5,406 bases of DNA from an uncultured Gammaproteobacteria bacterium (GTDB lineage Bacteria; Patescibacteriota; Patescibacteriia; UBA2591; UBA6264). Of this stretch, positions 1 to 5,128 are shown one piece after another. The notes below the pieces were generated by a model. The model had not been told where the DNA came from. It searched no databases and saw only the letters and a program-made list of their open reading frames with translations. The translations under genes and the position numbers were made by a program. The stretch is taken from assembly GCA_964617525.1 (NCBI GenBank), contig CAZTWG010000046.1, forward strand, positions 1 to 5,406, read 5' to 3'. Position 1 is the first letter of the stretch; each line of letters opens with the position of its first letter.

Positions 1-78
1 TATTTTGATAATTCTTTTTGTGGTTTTCCCATCCCAATGCTTTGGTTGTTTTCCGATTTTACCTTTTCCTAAAAGCAT
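1..78 (-). CDS. 5' end of an unidentified protein-coding gene (partial, continues beyond the left edge)
   Basis: ATG is the complement of 76-78, 7 nt downstream of the murJ stop (86-88). It reads MLLGKGKIGKQPKHWDGKTTKRIIKI with no stop over 26 codons to the window edge. It shares strand and tight spacing with the upstream operon. I recognise no family. Confidence 0.35.
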   Translation of the reverse strand, partial: MLLGKGKIGKQPKHWDGKTTKRIIKI

Positions 79-85
79 TTTATTT

Positions 86-1684
86 TTATTTAACAATTTT
101 TTTAAAATGATTTATTATAATCCTTGTTTCTTGCATCTTAAATAAGTACGAGAAAAGAAAATAAGATGATGTTAATGTTGTTCCGGAAACAATAAATTTG
201 AAAACAAAGGATAAAAAGTTTGAAGAATAGGAGAGTAAATAAGGTTTTAAGAATAGCGATACAATTCCAAGTAAAAGTGAAAGCAAGATTATTTTTAATA
301 TTTTTTTAATAGGAATTTTGAAGTTTTCGTCTCTAAAATATTTATTTTTTATTACCTGGTAATAAAGAATAAATCCGGTTATTGATGCGATAGATGTTGC
401 TAGCGCGATTCCTTGAACTCCCAAAATTTTTGAAAGAATAATATTTCCTATCATATTTATACTAACTATTATAGTTCCTAAAATCAATGGTGTTTTCGTG
501 TTTTTAAAAGAATAAAATATTTTAATTAAAAAATAATTAGCTGAAACAGCAAATAATCCTATTGAATACATTACTACGGTTGACGCTGTCAATTGGGTTG
601 CGATACTTGTAAAAGCTCCTCTTTGGAACAGAAATTTAACAATTGGTTCTGCTAAAACCATTATAATTACAGAAACAGGGATTATTATTGCCCAAGACAA
701 AAGAAGAGCTTTTTTTAATATTTGTGCGTAATTTTTCCTTTTATCTTTATCTACAGCTAGTGAGGAAAATGTTGGGAAAATAGCAGTAATTAACGGAACA
801 ACTAAAATTGTTAGTGGTATTGTGTATGTTTTTTGAGCAAAATTCAAGATTGATATGGACCCGACTGCTAGATTTGAGGCAATAGTTTTGTCAATTATCC
901 GATTTAAGATATTTATTCCGCCCATTAAGATTAAGGGGAGTAAAATGATTAAAAATTTTTTTATTTCTTTTGTTTGAAATTTTTTTAAGTTAAACTCTTT
1001 AAAGAAGTTCCATTTTTTATATAAAATAAAAAATAGAGAGAAAAAACAAAAAATGCCAGAAAATAGTTGGCCGATTGTCCAACTATTTATTCCTAATTTA
1101 TTCGTGAATAATATTAGAGAAAGAACGATTAAAGTGTTCCCCATAACGCCTATTGCTGTTGGGTATAGAAATTGTTTTTTTGATTGATAAATGCCTGTAA
1201 AAAATCCAACAAAAACAGTAGTAAATCCTAATGGAATTAAATATCTGGTTAGATTTACCGCCAAATCAAATCTTTCTCCACGAAATCCGTAAGCGATTAA
1301 TTTAACAAAGAATGGAGTGAATAAATATATTACTAAAGAAAGTAATCCAGCCATTATTAACCAAATAAAAAATATTTGATTAACAAATATTTTTGTTTCT
1401 TTCTTATCCTTTTTTGATTTTTCTATATAGACAGGAATGATTAAGGTGCCCAATCCGCTCGATATTAGGCCCATAATCATAGTTGGAATCATTAAGGCTA
1501 CTAAAAAAGCGTCAGTTTGTCCCGTTGCGCCAAAATACTTAGCTATAAGCACTTCGCGGAAATATCCTATAAATTTGCTTAAAAGTAAAAAAATAGTAAT
1601 TAAAATGGTTGCTTGAGCAACTGTTTGTTTTTTAAGAACAGGATGATTTTTTACTTTTAAGGCAAATTTTTTAAATTTTATCAT
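86..1684 (-). CDS. murJ: Lipid II flippase MurJ/MviN (polytopic membrane protein, 532 aa)
   Basis: The N-terminal signature LLSKFIGYFREVLIAKYFGATGQTDAFLVA is typical of MurJ (SR.LGf.Rd...A..FGa....DAf..A). The protein is hydrophobic and multi-helix along its whole length, and its size matches MurJ. The start ATG (1682-1684) lies 1 nt after the upstream gene's stop. Confidence 0.9.
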   Translation of the reverse strand: MIKFKKFALKVKNHPVLKKQTVAQATILITIFLLLSKFIGYFREVLIAKYFGATGQTDAFLVALMIPTMIMGLISSGLGTLIIPVYIEKSKKDKKETKIFVNQIFFIWLIMAGLLSLVIYLFTPFFVKLIAYGFRGERFDLAVNLTRYLIPLGFTTVFVGFFTGIYQSKKQFLYPTAIGVMGNTLIVLSLILFTNKLGINSWTIGQLFSGIFCFFSLFFILYKKWNFFKEFNLKKFQTKEIKKFLIILLPLILMGGINILNRIIDKTIASNLAVGSISILNFAQKTYTIPLTILVVPLITAIFPTFSSLAVDKDKRKNYAQILKKALLLSWAIIIPVSVIIMVLAEPIVKFLFQRGAFTSIATQLTASTVVMYSIGLFAVSANYFLIKIFYSFKNTKTPLILGTIIVSINMIGNIILSKILGVQGIALATSIASITGFILYYQVIKNKYFRDENFKIPIKKILKIILLSLLLGIVSLFLKPYLLSYSSNFLSFVFKFIVSGTTLTSSYFLFSYLFKMQETRIIINHFKKIVK

Positions 1685-1685
1685 T

Positions 1686-2645
1686 TTATTTATTTTCTTT
1701 AAACCATTCTACCGTTTCTTTTAGTCCTTCTTCTAAATTGTATTTTGGTTCCCAATTAAATGTTTTTTTAGCTTTTTTATAGCTAAGACAGCTTCTTTTT
1801 TGTTCTCCAGCTAGGCTTGGGCCATGCTTTTCTTTATAATTTGATTTAATGAATTTTTGGATTTTTTTAAAAATAGCATTAACATTTGTTTGTTTAGATG
1901 TGCCAATATTAAATACCCCTGTTATGTTTTTTTTGAATACAGTCATATTTGCCCTAACTACGTCCTTAACAAAAACATAATCTCTGGTTTGTTTGCCATC
2001 TCCGTTTATTATTGGTTGTTTTTCCCGAAGTATTTTATCAGAGAATATGGCGATTACTCCAGCTTCTCCTTTTGAATTTTGTCTAGGACCATAAACGTTT
2101 CCATATCTTAGAGCAACAAAGGGTATTCCAAATATTTTAAAATAGTAATTAAGATATTTTTCAATTGTTAATTTAGCAATACCATATGGCGAAAGAGGCA
2201 ATTCGGTATGAGTTTCTGGAGTGGGAATGACATTAGTATCTCCGTAAATTGCTCCGCCAGTAGAAGAAAAGATAAATTTAGCTGATTTTTTTAATTTAAG
2301 AGTTGAATTTATGCGATTAAAGTTTTGAATTAGATTCAAAGTGCCAAGAATATTTATTTTAGCATCAGTAATTGGGTCTTTGACTGATTTACGGACATCA
2401 ATCTGGGCTGCTAAATGAAAAATAGTATTTGGCTTCTCTTTATCAAAAATTTGAGAGATTTTTGGGCTTTGAATGTCTATTTTATAGAATTTTGCTTTCG
2501 GATTTAAATTTTCTTTTTTGCCGGTTGATAAATTATCAATAATAAATACCTTATATCCCTCATCTATTAATCTGTCTACAAGATGGGAACCAATAAAACC
2601 TGCTCCACCGGTAACTAAAACTTTTTTGTTTTTAGAATGATTCAT
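1686..2645 (-). CDS. galE: NAD-dependent epimerase/dehydratase, UDP-glucose 4-epimerase-like (320 aa from the revised start)
   Basis: The Rossmann motif KVLVTGGAGFIGSHLVDRL follows directly after MNHSKNK. It also has SSTGGAIYG and the catalytic Y-x3-K (SPYGIAK) of extended SDR enzymes. I moved the start to Met49 of the supplied ORF (ATG is the complement of 2643-2645). The 48 upstream codons (MYTFLLSLRVKCTN...) have no SDR counterpart and run through the intergenic promoter region. The exact sugar substrate cannot be determined from sequence alone. Confidence 0.85.
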   Translation of the reverse strand: MNHSKNKKVLVTGGAGFIGSHLVDRLIDEGYKVFIIDNLSTGKKENLNPKAKFYKIDIQSPKISQIFDKEKPNTIFHLAAQIDVRKSVKDPITDAKINILGTLNLIQNFNRINSTLKLKKSAKFIFSSTGGAIYGDTNVIPTPETHTELPLSPYGIAKLTIEKYLNYYFKIFGIPFVALRYGNVYGPRQNSKGEAGVIAIFSDKILREKQPIINGDGKQTRDYVFVKDVVRANMTVFKKNITGVFNIGTSKQTNVNAIFKKIQKFIKSNYKEKHGPSLAGEQKRSCLSYKKAKKTFNWEPKYNLEEGLKETVEWFKENK

Positions 2646-2662
2646 AAAATTATTATATAAAA

Positions 2663-2675
2663 GGGGACTGTCCCC
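2663..2675. promoter_or_regulatory. 13-bp GC-rich palindrome GGGGAC-T-GTCCCC, 18 nt upstream of the galE-like start
   Basis: Read directly: 2663-2668 is the reverse complement of 2670-2675. It is the only GC-rich block in an otherwise AT-only intergenic region. On the minus strand it is followed by TTTTATATAATAATTTT. It could be an operator or a small leader hairpin. Function is unknown. Confidence 0.3.
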
Positions 2676-2704
2676 ATTTATTATCTTAAATATATTATAA
2701 TAGC

Positions 2705-2747
2705 GTTGTAATATATTACCTAACATATTGCAACAGCTTTGTAATAT
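2705..2747. repeat. Three copies of TTGYAATAT in the divergent galE / nuclease intergenic region
   Basis: TTGTAATAT occurs at 2706-2714 and 2739-2747 in direct orientation, 33 bp apart. The inverted copy ATATTGCAA lies at 2725-2733. GTTGTAATAT and ATATTGCAAC form a 10-bp inverted repeat with one mismatch and a 10-bp spacer. These are candidate transcription-factor sites, but the AT-rich background makes chance recurrence possible. Confidence 0.25.
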
Positions 2748-2782
2748 GTTTGTACACTTTACACGCAACGACAAGAGGAAAG

Positions 2783-2811
2783 TATACATTATTGTTTATT
2801 TTTGATATAAT
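2783..2811 (+). promoter_or_regulatory. Candidate extended -10 promoter for the nuclease gene
   Basis: TGATATAAT at 2803-2811 matches TGnTATAAT. A weak -35, TATACA, lies at 2783-2788 with a 17-nt spacer. The predicted transcription start near 2818 gives a leader of about 15 nt with no Shine-Dalgarno before the ATG at 2833. Confidence 0.4.
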
Positions 2812-2832
2812 TAGAGTATTAAATCAAAAAAT

Positions 2833-3663
2833 ATGAAAAATGAATGGAAGAAAGTTTTGCGGTTGATGTTGGGGATTACCTTAACTTTAGGCACAATACT
2901 TGGAGTTCTAACATTAACTGGGACCCATGAAACATTCAGAAAATGGTTAGCAGGTATTTTTATTGTTTTACTTGCTGTAGTTGGGTCTATTAGTTCAACG
3001 GAATCTAATTTAAGTTCTGGCCCAGAGATGCAGGATGGTTTGGTAGAGGTTGTTAGGGTTGTTGACGGAGATACAATAATTATTTCAGGGGAGAAAAGGG
3101 TTCGTCTTCTCGGCATTAACGCTCCGGAATCTGGTGAGTGTTTCTATGAAGAATCTAAAGACGCCCTAGCAGAACTTATTGATGGCGAAAAAGTGGCTTT
3201 AAAGAAAGATGTTTCTGGAATGGATAATTTTGGACGTTTATTAAGATATGTATTCTTGCCAAGTGGCAGTGAATATATGGATGATATGTTTGTCAATCAA
3301 CGTCTCTTGCGAGAAGGATACGCTGACATTGAACCAGCTTCTCAAGATAGGGCATATAGGAGCCTTTTGGTCTCGGCTCGCAATCAAGCGGTTACCGAAA
3401 GAAATGGGATGTGGGGAGCTTGTGAAGACAGGGGAGATACAGCAGAGACAGAATATCCATTAGAAGGAAATGATCAGCCTACAGACCCTAATTGTACTAT
3501 TAAGGGAAATATCTCTCGGCTTAATCTTGGGAAAACCTATTTTTTTGTTGGTTGTTCTAATTATGACAAGGTTAAAATAGATTTTAGTAAAGGAGAACAA
3601 TATTTCTGCACAGAAGAAGAGGCGATAGAGGCAGGTTTCACAAAGAGTGGGTCTTGTAGATAA
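2833..3663 (+). CDS. Membrane-anchored thermonuclease (staphylococcal nuclease / SNase fold) with a C-terminal Cys-rich 'sunset-like' module, 276 aa
   Basis: The N-terminus has a Lys-rich start and two hydrophobic segments (about aa 8-30 and 38-53). The SNase core carries VDGDT (Ca site), RLLGINAPE (Arg35/Glu43 equivalents), FGRLLRYVF (Arg87 equivalent), VNQRLLREGYA and NGMWG. The C-terminus, CTIKGNIS...GKTYFFVGCSNYDKVKIDFSKGEQYFCTEEEAIEAGFTKSGSC, resembles the IKGNIS...Y(H/F)...G...Y....I....GE.(W/Y)FC.E.EA..AG(W/F).K module often fused to such nucleases. Confidence 0.85.
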   Translation: MKNEWKKVLRLMLGITLTLGTILGVLTLTGTHETFRKWLAGIFIVLLAVVGSISSTESNLSSGPEMQDGLVEVVRVVDGDTIIISGEKRVRLLGINAPESGECFYEESKDALAELIDGEKVALKKDVSGMDNFGRLLRYVFLPSGSEYMDDMFVNQRLLREGYADIEPASQDRAYRSLLVSARNQAVTERNGMWGACEDRGDTAETEYPLEGNDQPTDPNCTIKGNISRLNLGKTYFFVGCSNYDKVKIDFSKGEQYFCTEEEAIEAGFTKSGSCR

Positions 3664-3681
3664 ATTAATATTTTTTTGGAT

Positions 3682-3712
3682 ATAGGGGGCTAATTTTTTA
3701 TTAGCCCCCTAT
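3682..3712. terminator. Perfect 13-bp stem / 5-nt loop hairpin between the two convergent genes
   Basis: ATAGGGGGCTAAT (3682-3694) is the exact reverse complement of ATTAGCCCCCTAT (3700-3712), with loop TTTTT. It lies 19 nt after the nuclease stop and about 39 nt after the small ORF stop. Neither strand has a U-tract after the stem: the T7 run at 3671-3677 is upstream on the plus strand and reads as an A-run on the minus strand. It is therefore not a canonical intrinsic terminator. Confidence 0.55.
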
Positions 3713-3750
3713 GTGTCATCACGCTCCAACTTAATGTTCAAATTGGAATC

Positions 3751-3903
3751 TTACTTGCCCAAGGCAGGTTTGCGTTTTTCTACTTTTGTTAGAGACATTC
3801 TGTAGGCTGATTCTTTTTTGTGGGCAAGAATCGCGAAGTTCGACCAACAGTGATTCTCTGACAAATCCATCCATCGTCCAGATTTCGTTTTTGTAGTAAA
3901 CAT
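3751..3903 (-). CDS. Hypothetical small basic protein (50 aa), no recognisable family
   Basis: MFTTKTKSGRWMDLSENHCWSNFAILAHKKESAYRMSLTKVEKRKPALGK has 11 K/R against 4 D/E. I trimmed the supplied 79-aa ORF, whose start is a TTG inside the 43-bp repeat, to the first ATG (complement of 3901-3903). An AGGAGG site (complement of 3919-3924) lies upstream, but 15 nt from the ATG, which is longer than optimal. GC is about 38-40%, above the flanking DNA. It could instead be a structured RNA. Confidence 0.4.
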   Translation of the reverse strand: MFTTKTKSGRWMDLSENHCWSNFAILAHKKESAYRMSLTKVEKRKPALGK

Positions 3904-3971
3904 ATATGTTGTTTTAGTCCTCCTTTCTCCCGTTATGTTGGGAGTTTTTATTCGCGATGACTTATTGTAAA

Positions 3972-4014
3972 AAACAAAATTATTTACCAATTTTTAATTC
4001 TTTTCTTAGTTTTA
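3972..4014. repeat. Left copy of a perfect 43-bp direct repeat, containing an orphan duplicate of the HTH gene 3' end
   Basis: AAACAAAATTATTTACCAATTTTTAATTCTTTTCTTAGTTTTA is identical base for base to 5204-5246, and the flanking bases differ on both sides (3971 a vs 5203 c; 4015 a vs 5247 t). On the minus strand it encodes ...KTKKRIKNW-stop (stop at 3984-3986). In-frame upstream sequence hits a stop after about 17 more codons with no Met, so this copy is a non-functional gene tail. Confidence 0.9.
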
Positions 4015-4075
4015 ATGAATATTAAATGTATTTTAAAATCCAGAGGAACATCAGAAAACGATCATATAATAAGCA

Positions 4076-4534
4076 TTAATTCACAAATAATTTTTTTTGT
4101 GGATTTTTTTCTTGGATATGTTTTTCTATTTTATCTATCAATTTACGGGCGTTATCAATGGCGTTTTTGCTTTCAGTTGACGATGTTGTAAATTCTACGC
4201 CATAGATTAAGTCGTGTCTTCTTTTCCTAATTTTATCAAATTTGCTCGTTAACGTTTCATATTCTTCTCCGAATATTTTTTTTGTAAAATCAACCACAGT
4301 TTTGTGGGATCCTATTATGCGTGGTCTCATTCCGTAAGAGAATATCAGGGCTCTGCCAGACAAAAGCATTGCTTCGTAGGCAAATTTAAAAGCACCTTCT
4401 TCGTCATTGTTGTCCAAAAGAAGCTTAGAGCTTTTTAAATTTTTATGGGCTCTTTTTAGAACTTTTTCTATCTGGTTAAAACTAATGTTTTCTTTTTTGA
4501 GCAGATTTCTTTTGATTAAATCTTGATAACTCAT
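4076..4534 (-). CDS. HEPN domain protein, putative toxin partner of the MNT (152 aa from the ATG)
   Basis: The protein is all-helical and about 150 aa. It has the GSHKTVVDF helix and the FDKIRKRRHDLIYG signature typical of the PF05168-type HEPN (l..lR..R[ND]...Y.G). It lies immediately downstream of, and overlaps, a minimal nucleotidyltransferase gene, which is the classic HEPN/MNT arrangement. I prefer the ATG at 4532-4534 (MSYQDL...) over the TTG at 4546 used in the ORF track. Confidence 0.8.
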   Translation of the reverse strand: MSYQDLIKRNLLKKENISFNQIEKVLKRAHKNLKSSKLLLDNNDEEGAFKFAYEAMLLSGRALIFSYGMRPRIIGSHKTVVDFTKKIFGEEYETLTSKFDKIRKRRHDLIYGVEFTTSSTESKNAIDNARKLIDKIEKHIQEKNPQKKLFVN

Positions 4535-5096
4535 TTTGATTACCAATTAAAAATATTTTTTGTCCAGACAGGACATTTTTAATAAAAGAATTATTTTTTT
4601 TAATATTTTGTTCTATATCAGACATAGAATATATATGATAATTTATTTCTCTGTCTAATTTATTTTCCAATTTATTGATAGCCGAAATTAGTTTATCTTC
4701 GTTGGGGTTCCCAATTATCATTACATCTATGTCGCTGAGAGAATCTTCTTTGCTTTTAGCAAAGGAGCCAAAAATAAATGCGATTTTTATATTTTGAATA
4801 TTTTTTAATATTGTTTCTAAACTGCCCTTTATTCCAACAGTTTTAAAAACAATTTTTTTAACTTCTTTATATAGATAGTAGTTTTTATTTAAGCTAAAAT
4901 ATCTTTGTTTGCCACTGAAATTTGATACGAACAATCCTGATTTTTCTAATCCTAAAAGTTCACGACGAATATATGCGACTGGTTTTTCTAACAATCTTTC
5001 TAATTCTCGTAAATAATATTTTTTCTCTGGATGAGCAAAATATAATTGTAATATTTTGCTTCTAAGCTTTGATTTTGAAAAATTTAAAATATCCAT
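4482..5096 (-). CDS. Winged-HTH-fused minimal nucleotidyltransferase (MNT, Pol-beta superfamily), putative antitoxin/regulator, 204 aa
   Basis: The N-terminal segment LRSKILQLYFAHPEKKYYLRELERLLEKPVAYIRRELLGLEKSGLFVS...GKQRYFSLN looks like an ArsR/MarR-type winged helix. The NTase core is IAFIFGSFAKSKEDSLSDIDVMIIG (the G-S...D-x-D motif). The gene is paired with a HEPN gene. Confidence 0.85.
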   Translation of the reverse strand: MDILNFSKSKLRSKILQLYFAHPEKKYYLRELERLLEKPVAYIRRELLGLEKSGLFVSNFSGKQRYFSLNKNYYLYKEVKKIVFKTVGIKGSLETILKNIQNIKIAFIFGSFAKSKEDSLSDIDVMIIGNPNEDKLISAINKLENKLDREINYHIYSMSDIEQNIKKNNSFIKNVLSGQKIFLIGNQNELSRFNQKKSAQKRKH

Positions 5097-5108
5097 ATGT
5101 ATCTTTTT

Positions 5109-5128
5109 TAGGTTACAATTGTAACCTA
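5109..5128. promoter_or_regulatory. 20-bp perfect palindrome TAGGTTACAATTGTAACCTA, candidate operator overlapping the -10 box
   Basis: The sequence equals its own reverse complement, verified base by base, and symmetry breaks at 5108/5129. It covers the -10 hexamer and the predicted transcription start of the MNT-HEPN promoter. The MNT's N-terminal wHTH is the obvious candidate binder, consistent with toxin-antitoxin autoregulation. Confidence 0.5.

Noticed and set aside
1857-2075. 72-aa plus-strand ORF from the six-frame track.
   Set aside because: It lies entirely antisense to the well-supported galE-like CDS. It has a low-complexity, Phe/Tyr/Asn-rich composition typical of antisense frames in AT-rich DNA, and I saw no ribosome-binding site or promoter.
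2646-2789. A 48-codon N-terminal extension of the galE-like ORF (MYTFLLSLRVKCTNILQSCCNMLGNILQRYYNIFKIINGDSPLLYNNF).
   Set aside because: The Rossmann GxxGxxG motif begins 10 residues after Met49, as in normal SDR epimerases. The extension is Cys/Asn-rich and low-complexity, and it crosses the promoter-like intergenic motifs. It is open only because no stop codon happens to occur.
2811-3116. 101-aa minus-strand ORF overlapping the 5' part of the nuclease gene.
   Set aside because: It is antisense to the nuclease CDS, which has clear SNase motifs. It has no recognisable motif, and it would have to start inside the nuclease coding region.
3248-3463. 71-aa plus-strand ORF inside the nuclease gene.
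   Set aside because: It is an alternative frame of the same strand within the conserved SNase core, so it is a frame artefact.
3904-3990. The upstream 29 codons of the 79-aa ORF (MVNNFVFYNKSSRIKTPNITGERRTKTTY).
   Set aside because: The 'start' is a TTG lying inside the 43-bp repeat, and the extension would read straight through the hairpin and the AGGAGG site. The internal ATG at 3903 is the only plausible start if the ORF is real.
3964-3990. A possible promoter for the small ORF: TTGGTA (complement of 3985-3990, inside the repeat), 15 nt, then TACAAT (complement of 3964-3969).
   Set aside because: The -35 is weak and the spacer short, and I cannot distinguish it from AT-rich background without transcript data.
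4535-4546. TTG start (MVIK...) for the HEPN gene.
   Set aside because: An ATG four codons downstream (4532-4534) gives MSYQDL... and a shorter overlap with the MNT gene. There is no evidence favouring TTG, so it is kept only as an alternative.
2706-5123. A shared TTGTAA core between the TTGTAATAT boxes (2706-2747) and the half-site of the MNT operator palindrome (TTGTAACCTA), hinting at cross-regulation by the wHTH-MNT.
   Set aside because: Only 6 bp are shared, and it is an AT-rich hexamer expected many times by chance. The specificity-determining outer half-site bases differ.
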